Source of the DNA: an uncultured Methanosarcinales archaeon
Lineage (GTDB): Archaea > Nanobdellota > Nanobdellia > Woesearchaeales > GW2011-AR9
Reading direction: 5' to 3'
Length of the DNA: 64,000 nucleotides
Assembly (NCBI GenBank): GCA_964343575.1
Contig: CAYFJV010000001.1
Coordinates: 224,705 to 288,704, forward strand
The notes under the pieces were generated by a model. The model was not told the origin of the DNA. It ran no database searches and worked only from the letters and a program-made list of their open reading frames with translations. Below, one piece after another: positions 29,747-38,735 of this stretch. Numbering within the stretch: the stretch's first letter is position 1; each line of letters opens with the position of its first letter. The position numbers and the translations under genes were made by a program.

Positions 29747-30367
29747 CTATGGCGCTTCTGGAAGCTGTAAGAAGATTCTTCTGATTCTTTCTAAACCTTC
29801 TAGTATTAGTTCAAGAAGAGACTTATTTTCTTCTATCAAAGAAGCGTTCTCCTCAACCTTAGATTCTAACTCATAGACAGAGGTTGTTAACTCATCTAGA
29901 TGATGTTCAACGAGTTCATCAAACCTTCCCTCTAGTGAAGCATAAGAGTCAACACAAGACCCATATGAGCATTCATTACTTTCACACTCAAAGTTGTTTT
30001 GACAACTCTCTGCGAACCCTAGCTGAAGCTCTAAATCTCCAAAATAAGAACAGTAGAGAGAACCATCTGCTATAAGAGGATCATTTGCATCCGAGAACAC
30101 TCTTGCTCCTGAAGGCAAACAAGTACTTTGTGTGGGATCCAAGCAACCCTCTGAACAGCTTGGTCCACCGCCAGGCCCTTCACCACCAGAACTGTTAAAA
30201 ATTGATTGAGATGAGCCATTACTACTTCCACCACTACTGTTACCACTTCCCATTGAGCTAGAGTTTGAGTCGTGGTCTGCAACTGCTAAACTTAAAGAAA
30301 ACAAAAAAACAAAGAATAAAGCAGAAAGAAAGAAGAATTTCTTAGAGAATTTTTTGTTGTGTATCAT
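29747..30367 (-). CDS. Secreted protein with 8-Cys domain and C-terminal coiled coil
   Basis: Signal peptide, S/G linker, C..GC...CLP.G.R...YC...Q.....C....EC.SN.C..G.C. Confidence 0.75.
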   Translation of the reverse strand: MIHNKKFSKKFFFLSALFFVFLFSLSLAVADHDSNSSSMGSGNSSGGSSNGSSQSIFNSSGGEGPGGGPSCSEGCLDPTQSTCLPSGARVFSDANDPLIADGSLYCSYFGDLELQLGFAESCQNNFECESNECSYGSCVDSYASLEGRFDELVEHHLDELTTSVYELESKVEENASLIEENKSLLELILEGLERIRRIFLQLPEAP

Positions 30368-30429
30368 TGAAGGAAGCTGCTTCTAAAAAGATATAATACT
30401 TCTACCACAACTGGTTGGGAGTAGAGAGA

Positions 30430-31440
30430 TTAAACCTTATTCCCCAGTCTTTTCCCTTGTTTAAACTGCTTAATAGATGCAATGTCTGTGTTGAGAATTC
30501 TTCTGAGCGCTTCGTGCGTATTAAAAGCATTGTGAGGAGTGATGATCACATTGTCCATATGTAAGAGTTGATGATTCTCCTTGAGGATTTGCTCCCCATC
30601 TTTGTCACAGGTTTTTTGAAAGTGTTTTTTGAGTAATTGGGGTTCCTCTAAAAGATCACACTCATTTTCAAGCACATCAAGTGCCGCCCCAGCAATAATC
30701 TTTTTTTTGAGCGCCCAAATTAACCCAGAGGTGTCAATCAATGGCCCTCTTGCCGTGTTGATGAGAAGCGTTCCTGGTTTACAGAGAGCTAAGTTTTTCT
30801 TATTGAGCAGGTGGTGCGTGTGCGAGTTGTGTGGTGCGTGCAGACTAATGATATCTGCTTTTTTGAGTAGAGAGTTTAGTGGAAGAAGTGTTGCTCCCAC
30901 CTTCTTAGCTGCTGTTTTTGTAAGTCTTGGATCACTCACTAAGACCTTCATGCCAAAGCCTTGTGCTATTCTAATTACATTTCTTCCAATGTTTCCTGCT
31001 CCGATGATGCCTATTGTTTTTTGGTGAAGATCTACTCCTCGAAGAGTATCTTGATGAAAATCTCCTTGTTTTGTTCGATCAACCGACTGATAGACTTTTC
31101 TTGTAAGTGCAAGAAGAAGAGCAAAGGTATGTTCAGCAACCGTGTGTTCCCCATAACTTGGCACATTAGTTACCTTGATTTTTCTTCGTTTACATTCTTC
31201 TACATCAACATGATCATAGCCAGTACTTCTTGTAGTTATGAATTTGAGTTTTGGTAATTGGTCGAGAAGTTCTTTGTTGAGGGTGCAATGAATAAAAGTT
31301 GAAAGAACTTCAGTGTTTTGGTAGCGTCTTGCGTTTTTTATAGTAAGAGGATGCGTTGAGAAGGAAAGTGTATCTTTGGGAAAGGCTTTGCGAAGGAGAG
31401 TTTTTTCCCAGGCTTCAATTTCAAAGAAAGCTATTTTCAT
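30430..31440 (-). CDS. D-isomer 2-hydroxyacid dehydrogenase (D-lactate dehydrogenase-like)
   Basis: RSTGYDHVD, VAEH, GAGNIG, INTARG, LDVLE and TPHNAF motifs. Confidence 0.93.
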   Translation of the reverse strand: MKIAFFEIEAWEKTLLRKAFPKDTLSFSTHPLTIKNARRYQNTEVLSTFIHCTLNKELLDQLPKLKFITTRSTGYDHVDVEECKRRKIKVTNVPSYGEHTVAEHTFALLLALTRKVYQSVDRTKQGDFHQDTLRGVDLHQKTIGIIGAGNIGRNVIRIAQGFGMKVLVSDPRLTKTAAKKVGATLLPLNSLLKKADIISLHAPHNSHTHHLLNKKNLALCKPGTLLINTARGPLIDTSGLIWALKKKIIAGAALDVLENECDLLEEPQLLKKHFQKTCDKDGEQILKENHQLLHMDNVIITPHNAFNTHEALRRILNTDIASIKQFKQGKRLGNKV

Positions 31441-31538
31441 AACACTGCCACCGTTTTCCTTACTCTTACTGCTATATCTTGCGAGTAAAAGAAGAAAAGA
31501 AATAAAAGATTAAAAAACTATCTTAAAAGACCAGAGGC

Positions 31539-32078
31539 TTATTCTACAATGATCTCCATAGAAGCTGAGCTTAAGATACCATCAACAATATCATACTCGC
31601 CAGTTTCTGTGAAAGTCCAAGTGTAAGTCTCTCCAGGTAAAAGAACCGGACTTAAGATGTCATTGTGCAAACGAAGTCCAACAACCATTGCTTGATGCAA
31701 AGGAGGATCTTCTCTTTCGTTAACCCAAGTGATAGTATCTCCAACATTTAAGGTAAGCGTCTCAGGTACAAAACCATCATCAGTCATTTGGACAGTGAAC
31801 TCAGTTTCGTCTACGACTTCTTCTTCCTCTTCAGTGCTTTCTTCAGCTTCATCAGCAGTTTCAGTTTCTTCCTCACTTGACTCATCTTCTACTATTTCTT
31901 CCTCTTCTTCAACAGGTTCTTCTTCAGATTCCATTGCATCGTCTTCTTCAAGGACCTCATCAGTACTCTCTTCTACTTCAGCATCAGTTATTTCAACATC
32001 AGTTGCTTCTTCCCCGGAACAAGCAAAGAGAAGAAGAGCCACCATAAAAAGGGAACATAAGAATAGTATTTTTTTCAT
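31539..32078 (-). CDS. Lipoprotein with acidic stalk and cupredoxin-like domain lacking copper ligands
   Basis: Lipobox LFAC, E-rich linker, F.P..L....GDTITW.N...L.PGETY..TF...G.Y; no Cys/His in the ligand loop. Start MKKIL follows GGAGTGA. Confidence 0.8.
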   Translation of the reverse strand: MKKILFLCSLFMVALLLFACSGEEATDVEITDAEVEESTDEVLEEDDAMESEEEPVEEEEEIVEDESSEEETETADEAEESTEEEEEVVDETEFTVQMTDDGFVPETLTLNVGDTITWVNEREDPPLHQAMVVGLRLHNDILSPVLLPGETYTWTFTETGEYDIVDGILSSASMEIIVE

Positions 32079-32168
32079 TGTTATCACTCCAACAGGCCAC
32101 ATTTGAACTGAGATTCAGCTCTTTGCTTCGCCCATTTTTCTGTTTCTGGATAGAAACTAACTAAAAAT

Positions 32169-32205
32169 GCTATTTAAAGCTTTTGAGGAACGAAGTGGAA
32201 CAAAG
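32169..32205 (-). promoter_or_regulatory. TATA box plus GGAAC/GTTCC box cluster B
   Basis: TTTAAATA on the minus strand (32171-32178); GGAAC at 32187 and 32197. Confidence 0.7.
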
Positions 32206-32293
32206 CTAAGAGAAAGGGGGCTTTGAAGAGATACTTTTGGCTTCTTTCACCCTGCCCTCTGGCTTTTTGTCACTACTAAAGAATACTCAATGG

Positions 32294-32308
32294 CGAAAAA
32301 TTTAAATA
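32294..32308 (+). promoter_or_regulatory. BRE-TATA promoter with no downstream + strand CDS
   Basis: CGAAAAA-TTTAAATA matches the archaeal consensus. Confidence 0.7.
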
Positions 32309-32330
32309 GTAGCGTGGGATCTCCCAGAGT

Positions 32331-32390
32331 AACATCTATCACCTCTTTTCCCCAGCAGAGTGTCTTCGGATGCTTTGTTTGGGGTTTTTT
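32331..32390 (+). ncRNA. Candidate ~60-nt small RNA
   Basis: Promoter at about -30, 15-bp hairpin (32350-32384) with C(UUCG)G tetraloop and four G-U pairs that work only on the + strand, then T6. Confidence 0.6.
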
Positions 32391-32476
32391 ACTTTAATCT
32401 CTTAATTTCTTAGAATTTTATCTTTTTGGAGGGTTCTCTTATTAAGATTTTTTACTTTTTGCACTTTACTCCTGTC

Positions 32477-34417
32477 TTATCTCTTCCTAGCCTTTCTTCC
32501 CACACCTTGGTGGAAAAGCCACATCAAAAGGATCCCTAAGATAAATCCTTGAGTAAACCCACTAAAGAAGGTTCCAAGATCAGGTAAGAAGGCAGCGTTA
32601 ATGATGCCTTCTTCTTCAGGGAAATAAATGTCAAGATCGCTGAGCTCAAGTGCGTACTCAAGATAAAGAAGTGCAGAGTATGATGCTTCTTGCTCAGCTA
32701 AAGTTTTTGCATACTCATAATAAGAGTAACCTAAAATTGGAAAGATGCCTTCCTCAACGTTTTCAGAGATAATTCTTTCTACTGCAAGTGTTCTACTTTC
32801 AATTGAAGCATCAAAGTTTTCTGGAGTAATACCCAAAGAACTCATAACTGTACTTGCTTGCGCCTTTGCTTGCGCTGCTTGAATCAGGCAAGCAGTAAAA
32901 CTTTCTGCGTCACGCTGGGTTTCTGCAAGAGTAATCTTTTCTTTAATCTCTTCTAGCTCTATGGCAGGAAGATAAGTCTCAACATATTGAAAACGCTCCT
33001 GCGCTTCAGCAATTTTTTGGTGACAAACTAACTCTAAGTTATCATCATCTAGAAAAAAGAGTTTTCCTTCCATATCAAAAAAGTGCATCCAAGAGATCGC
33101 TGACTCAATTCTTTCTTGAGCATAGGCTAAAGTGTAGAACTGATCTTCTCCTTGCTCACTTCCCGCAAGAGAATCCAAAGTTTCTTGCGCTTCATGCAAA
33201 CGCTCTTCCACAACCATTTTGGTTTGCAAATCGGCAATGGTTTCAATTGGCTCTTTTGCAAGATCACTTGCAACTTGGTTTAGTTCTGCCTGCAGGTTAA
33301 TTATCTCTTCTGAGATCTCCTCTTGACTGAGATCGTTGATAAGGTTTATTTCGTAGCCCAGGTAAACATTGAGACCAAAACAAAAGCTTGCAGCTGAGTA
33401 GTGATCACCTTGCTCCCTTGATGTTGCAGCTGCATCTTTTCTCTCAGTAACTGCACCCTCTCTTTGCGTTGCCAGTTCTTCATCTTCCTGCGTTGTTTGT
33501 AAAAGAAGATCAAGCTCTGCTTCAAGAATATCTGAACGCTGACAAAGGAGAGTTTCCAGCTCTTGCATAATTTGTGTGTACTGCTCGTCTACAACGAACT
33601 CAATATCTGAGCTACGAAGCTCTTGGCCAGTAAGATGAAAAAGTACTTCATTCAAGTCTTTTACTTCAACTACCTCAATGCCAAAGGTGTCTACACCGTA
33701 GGCAATAAGATCGTTATAGGGGTTTGTCTCAAGAAGAGGGTTTTCATCATCTACGATGCTTTGTTCTTCTTCAATTGTTGTACTTTGCTCTTCTTCTGAG
33801 GAGCTTCCTTCAATAATAGTAAGTGGATCCTCCGTTGTGCTATCCTCTTGTTCTAAAAATTCTTCTCTTGCACCAAATGGAATTAAGACTTTGGTGAATC
33901 CCTCGCTTGCTGCAGCATCAATTTTTTCTTTAACTCCTCCAACAGGACCCACTATCCCACCAGAGTTTATTGTTCCGGTGATAGCAACTTTTTCATCATA
34001 CTCTAATTCAAGCATGCTAATGGTGGTTAATGCAGCAATAGCAGCTCCTGCACTGGGTCCACCGATAATGTTTGTGTTTGCTCGAATGGTATAGATAAAA
34101 TCATAATGTGTACAATCAAGATCAAAGTAACCACAAGCGATTTCTTTTGCATATCTTGTCGAAATTTGTGTATCTATTTTTGTAAGCGGGCTTGTGTCTA
34201 AGAAAACTCTTCCTGAACCTTCTCGAAGTTCAAGATAGAGATCTGCGGTATTTCCTTGAAAAGTACCGTCAGGCATTTCTTGCACAGCAAGGAGAGGAAG
34301 ATGGTTTATTTGATTGGTATTTGCTGCAAAAGAGAGAGGGAGAAGTGAGAGAAGAAGTAAAGTAATTATGAAGAGCGAAGAGAGACGAGAAGAAAGCGAT
34401 TTCATCTCTTGAGGCAT
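32477..34417 (-). CDS. Secreted, membrane-anchored Lon-type (S16) serine protease domain protein, no ATPase
   Basis: Signal peptide, GSGRVF, GGPSAG, TGTI, PVGGVKEK (Ser-Lys dyad) and C-terminal TM. Confidence 0.88.
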   Translation of the reverse strand: MPQEMKSLSSRLSSLFIITLLLLSLLPLSFAANTNQINHLPLLAVQEMPDGTFQGNTADLYLELREGSGRVFLDTSPLTKIDTQISTRYAKEIACGYFDLDCTHYDFIYTIRANTNIIGGPSAGAAIAALTTISMLELEYDEKVAITGTINSGGIVGPVGGVKEKIDAAASEGFTKVLIPFGAREEFLEQEDSTTEDPLTIIEGSSSEEEQSTTIEEEQSIVDDENPLLETNPYNDLIAYGVDTFGIEVVEVKDLNEVLFHLTGQELRSSDIEFVVDEQYTQIMQELETLLCQRSDILEAELDLLLQTTQEDEELATQREGAVTERKDAAATSREQGDHYSAASFCFGLNVYLGYEINLINDLSQEEISEEIINLQAELNQVASDLAKEPIETIADLQTKMVVEERLHEAQETLDSLAGSEQGEDQFYTLAYAQERIESAISWMHFFDMEGKLFFLDDDNLELVCHQKIAEAQERFQYVETYLPAIELEEIKEKITLAETQRDAESFTACLIQAAQAKAQASTVMSSLGITPENFDASIESRTLAVERIISENVEEGIFPILGYSYYEYAKTLAEQEASYSALLYLEYALELSDLDIYFPEEEGIINAAFLPDLGTFFSGFTQGFILGILLMWLFHQGVGRKARKR

Positions 34418-34624
34418 TTTTTTGGGGTTTTTAAAGCTTTGTCAAGCGCTTTGCTCCGAGAGATTGGATTTAATTGGTAGAAGGAAAGGTTCTTGTTCCT
34501 ATTCTTGACATTGTGGGAAAATCTAGAAATATTTATATAGTTTTGTCCATATTTCATATTTGTTTGTGTTTTAGAAGAATTTTGGTGGTTTTTTGGTTTT
34601 TTTGAATCAAAAGGTGAAGTACAT

Positions 34625-36505
34625 ATGAAAACAAAATATCTCATTCCATTTATGCTTGGCGTTGCCGCCTGTCCGCGAACAGATTCTGTTCCTAGCGGAG
34701 GATCAGAGACCTTGCTAGAGAATTCCTCTACCGGCTTGGACGCACTTGATCTTCAGCCACTTCTTGCAGAAAGCCCTCCTGCTCCAGAGTTTCAAGTTCC
34801 CTATCTTAAAGATTTACTAGTAGAAAATCATGGAAGCAACTACACAAATCACCTTGGTTCTCCTGTAGGAGAGTACGTTCCTCAAGCAAGTCCCCTTGCA
34901 GCAGGAGACATTGATGGGGATGGGATTGTTGAAGTGATTGCTTGTAATCTGGAGACTTATTCTGGAGAGAAAGGTTGTGTTGTTTTTGAAGCATCAGATT
35001 TTGATCTTCCTATTGATGATCAACATGCAACTTTAGAAAAACTTGTCACAGAGAGCTCAGCATCTGATACTGGTTATTGGGAAGGAGTTGGTCTTGATGG
35101 CCAGTATGATGATTTTTCAGGAGAAGTTACTTTTCTTTCCTTAACAGACCTTGATAACAATGGACATCTAGATCTTATTGTTGCTGATGCGCTCGAAGCA
35201 AAGGTGAGAGTGTACATGCAAGAAGAAGGCGGCAATTTTTCTTACTCAAGCACAAGGGCTAGTGTCCAAGTTGTGTCAATGTTAGCACTTGATTTGGATT
35301 ATGATAATGACCTTGATCTTCTCTTTACTGATAGAGGAAGTCTTCAGTTCTGGGAGAATAGAGACGGTGCGTTTCCAAATGAACAACAAACAATTGGAAG
35401 TGGAGCTGATCTTAACACCTATGCACTTGCGCTGGTAAATGGAGCAAAAGGCGAAGAAGAGAGGATTCTCGTTGATCTTGGTGCAAGTTTTGGAGAAGGA
35501 GACGTACAGATTGAAGCAACAGGAGATGGAGGTTACAGGTTTGATAGTGATCTTGGAAGCTATCAAGAAGATCCTCTTTTGTTTCCAGAAGATATGTTTT
35601 GGCAAAACTCCGGGAGTAAGCACTGTGAAGTAAACCTTCCTTGCATCCATCCTATGGGTGCTGCCTCTGGAACATTGAGAACTAACAGGGAGGGAAGTGT
35701 AGAAACAGATTTAGCTTTCTTTGTTGCAACAGAGTATCATGCGCAAGTTGCTTTTGTCTACGATCCTTCGACTGGAACATTTTCAGATAAAACTGAAGCT
35801 CTTGCTCTTAGAATTCCACCAAAGATAAGTGATCTTCCTAAGTTTGAGAGCATATTCGGTGATGCAGACATTATTCCAACAGAGTATGAAACTCTTCCTA
35901 ATCAACTTCCTTGGGGTACAGCGATTGCTGATGTCAATGGAGATGGTTATAGTGATCTTATCTTAGCAAATGGGAACACAAATGAAGATCTTAGCCAAGA
36001 CCTTTCAGAAACTGAGGCAAGAGATAGTCAAGTTCTAGTATTTTTGTATGACCCAATAGAAGATAGGTATAGGGATAGTTCTGAGGAGCTAGGAACTCTT
36101 AATCATCCAGGGGATTATTTTGGACTTTGTGTTGATGATGTTAATGGTGATGTTGTTCCGGATCTTCTTGTAGGAGGATTGAATGGAGATCTTCCAAGAG
36201 TTTTTGTAAATAGTGGCGTTCCCGGGAATCATTACTTGGCTCTAGAGCTTTTTGATGAAGGTGGACAGAGAGTTCATCCAACTGGCACAGAAATTGAAGT
36301 TCTTCTAGAAGGAAGAGACCAGCCGGAAACTTACGTTGTTGGAGGAAGCTACTCACCTAGTATGGGTTGTACCCCAAAAGCAAGCTACATTGGTCTTGGA
36401 GCAAGAGATCAAGCAGAGAAGGTCATTGTCCGTTGGTCATCGGGAGGAACACAAGAGATTGATAATCTTCCTTCTGGGCAGCAGCAGGTTTTCAGAGAGA
36501 TCTGA
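34625..36505 (+). CDS. FG-GAP/VCBS repeat plus ASPIC/UnbV-like (CRTAC1-like) lipoprotein
   Basis: GVAAC lipobox; repeated D.D/N.DG..D motifs; C-terminal GLG...V.VRWSSG. Confidence 0.8.
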   Translation: MKTKYLIPFMLGVAACPRTDSVPSGGSETLLENSSTGLDALDLQPLLAESPPAPEFQVPYLKDLLVENHGSNYTNHLGSPVGEYVPQASPLAAGDIDGDGIVEVIACNLETYSGEKGCVVFEASDFDLPIDDQHATLEKLVTESSASDTGYWEGVGLDGQYDDFSGEVTFLSLTDLDNNGHLDLIVADALEAKVRVYMQEEGGNFSYSSTRASVQVVSMLALDLDYDNDLDLLFTDRGSLQFWENRDGAFPNEQQTIGSGADLNTYALALVNGAKGEEERILVDLGASFGEGDVQIEATGDGGYRFDSDLGSYQEDPLLFPEDMFWQNSGSKHCEVNLPCIHPMGAASGTLRTNREGSVETDLAFFVATEYHAQVAFVYDPSTGTFSDKTEALALRIPPKISDLPKFESIFGDADIIPTEYETLPNQLPWGTAIADVNGDGYSDLILANGNTNEDLSQDLSETEARDSQVLVFLYDPIEDRYRDSSEELGTLNHPGDYFGLCVDDVNGDVVPDLLVGGLNGDLPRVFVNSGVPGNHYLALELFDEGGQRVHPTGTEIEVLLEGRDQPETYVVGGSYSPSMGCTPKASYIGLGARDQAEKVIVRWSSGGTQEIDNLPSGQQQVFREI

Positions 36506-36557
36506 GGGACCTTAGAAGTCTTATTGGAATATTATTAAGATTTAGAAAAGAGGTAGT

Positions 36558-38552
36558 ATGATGGTGTTGAGAGGAAGGCTTTACCTAGTGTTTATTGGAA
36601 TCCTTCTCTCTTCTTTGTTGATGGGTTCCTCTTTTGCTTCTTCTTTTGAGATTGAAGAGGGAGACTTCTCTGAAGGAATACTTATAGATCTTGTTTTTCA
36701 ACCAGGCTTTGGTTTAATTAAATCTTTAGATGCAGATGTTTTCTTAAACGCTGATGAGAATTTAACAACTAGCCAAGATCTTGCTACGTCTCATACCCTC
36801 ATTTCTTTTCTTGAAAAAAACCTTTATCTTTTTGGAGGAATTTATTGGCAGGATAATACAGGGATTAATCCAAGCACAGGTTCTTACCAGTTTGATGGCA
36901 TAGATGATGCAATTGTCTTTGATAAAAGTGCGATTGAGAGTTCGAAGTTTAACGGAGAAAACTTTACTTTTTCTTTCGCAATGCAGGCTAGTAATCTTTC
37001 GGGGAACAGGAGCATTGTTGGAACGAATACAACTAGCCTTGGTCTTAACTCTGCTTATCTTCATATTTATGTGGATGAAAGTCCAGAAAATCACCTTAGT
37101 GTTGAGATTCAAAACCTCTCGGGAGAAAGAGAAGTTTATAATACAAATTATTCTATAGAAATTGATGAAAATTATAGTGTTGTTCTTGGCATTCTCTCCG
37201 GAGGATCAAGTGATAACGATAAAGTTCAAATAAGCATTAAGAACAGTAGCGCAATCCAACATCTTCCTGCTTACGAGTTCCTGAGCAATGGTTCTTCTGG
37301 GGAAAATATCGAAGTGTACCTTGGGGCAACAGGACCCCGGGACCCAAACCAAAGTCTTTGGGAAGGAACAATTGATTATTTCCAATTCCTTTCTGATGAG
37401 AAAGAAGGAGGAGAAGTAAACGGAATCTTTAACACAAGTGAGCGAGAGGAACTTCTTAACGACCCAAGCTCATTTTTCTTTGCGGGCTACGGTGGTGAAT
37501 ACAAACAAATCTTTAATTTTAGTTCTTTAGCGAGTAGCGCAAACACAAGCTCTTGGGACTTTGTTAACATCACAAATGCTACTGACTTCTCGGGAGATAA
37601 TTTCTTTAGTCAAGATCCTTACGGAGAAAATGTTCCTTTGGAAGTAGAAGGAAGAGCAGGGCCATGTGGAGAATTAGAAAATCTAACCTTTAGTAGCTCA
37701 ACAAGGAACGATACTGTTCATACTTTCAATGAAACACTCATTGGAGAGTGTTTTGAAGCAAGACTTATCCAAGTAAAAAATAGAACTGCTTATACGGCGC
37801 TTCATTCTTTTTCTGTAAGTGGTACTGAAATTTTTAATCCAAGTATTGACTTCTTGTTCCTAAACGATAGTGCAAAAGTTGGCGATCTTCTTGTAGCTCA
37901 GTTCAATGTAAGTTCTCAAGAAGGCTTTGTGTCCTCTCTCAATGTTACCTGGTACGTGAATAACAGCAGCTATGAGAATCAATCCTTTTCTTTTGATAGT
38001 AACGAATCTTTTGTGGAGACTAACTTTTCTACAAGTAACTTTTCTGTAGGAGATAACATTAGCTTTAGCGCGCAAGCAGATATTGAAAGTTTGGTTTTTA
38101 GTGAAGTCAATGAAAGCTCATTAGTTACTCTGGAAGAAGCGAGTGAGGTTGAGGAAAGTAGTGAAGATGCAACTGTCTCTGAAGAAGGAAGCAGTACTGG
38201 TGGTGGAAGCTCTGGCGGAGGAGGAGGTTTTTATGTTGGAACGAAAGAAGAAAGAGAAGAAGTTGTTGAAGTAGATAATAGTTTAGAAGACAGTGGTGTT
38301 GATGAAGGAGTTAGTGAAGATCCTTTTGATGAACAATCTCTTGGAGAAGAGGAGGAGATCTTTGCTGCAGCTCTGGTGGAGGAGACTTTACAAGGAAAAG
38401 CAAGTGCAAATTTACAAAACAGTATCACTGGTGCAAGCATTAGCTCTCCTTTGGTCGGAGGATTTTCTTCCTTAGGTAAATTCTTCTCTATTCTTTTGTT
38501 TTTAGGAAGCTTGCTTTTTGTAGCTCATCGTTTGTATGGACCTAGTCATTAA
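36558..38552 (+). CDS. Surface glycoprotein with LamG-like domain and C-terminal anchor
   Basis: Signal peptide, YQFDG.DD, W.GTID, many N-x-S/T sequons, GGGSSGGGGG linker and C-terminal TM. Confidence 0.75.
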   Translation: MMVLRGRLYLVFIGILLSSLLMGSSFASSFEIEEGDFSEGILIDLVFQPGFGLIKSLDADVFLNADENLTTSQDLATSHTLISFLEKNLYLFGGIYWQDNTGINPSTGSYQFDGIDDAIVFDKSAIESSKFNGENFTFSFAMQASNLSGNRSIVGTNTTSLGLNSAYLHIYVDESPENHLSVEIQNLSGEREVYNTNYSIEIDENYSVVLGILSGGSSDNDKVQISIKNSSAIQHLPAYEFLSNGSSGENIEVYLGATGPRDPNQSLWEGTIDYFQFLSDEKEGGEVNGIFNTSEREELLNDPSSFFFAGYGGEYKQIFNFSSLASSANTSSWDFVNITNATDFSGDNFFSQDPYGENVPLEVEGRAGPCGELENLTFSSSTRNDTVHTFNETLIGECFEARLIQVKNRTAYTALHSFSVSGTEIFNPSIDFLFLNDSAKVGDLLVAQFNVSSQEGFVSSLNVTWYVNNSSYENQSFSFDSNESFVETNFSTSNFSVGDNISFSAQADIESLVFSEVNESSLVTLEEASEVEESSEDATVSEEGSSTGGGSSGGGGGFYVGTKEEREEVVEVDNSLEDSGVDEGVSEDPFDEQSLGEEEEIFAAALVEETLQGKASANLQNSITGASISSPLVGGFSSLGKFFSILLFLGSLLFVAHRLYGPSH

Positions 38553-38735
38553 GGGGAGGAAATGAAGTGAAGAGAAAAAACGACAAAAAGTAAACATTTT
38601 TTGATTAAAGTCTACAAAACTTGTTACAAAATGGCGATTTAAAAGAAAAATTTATATTCATTTTTCTAAAACACCTTTTGTAGCCTGTGAACCGAACAGG
38701 AGTTCAACTTAGTTTAGGCTGCATGAGGTGATAAG

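Noticed and set aside
32276..32335. 19-aa minus-strand ORF (MLLWEIPRYYLNFSPLSIL) after GAGGTGATAG as a type I toxin
   Set aside because: It overlaps the + strand BRE-TATA, has no clear TM helix and no evident promoter; kept only as an alternative to the sRNA model.
32477..34417. Call as ATP-dependent Lon protease
   Set aside because: No Walker A/B motifs; only the protease domain is present.
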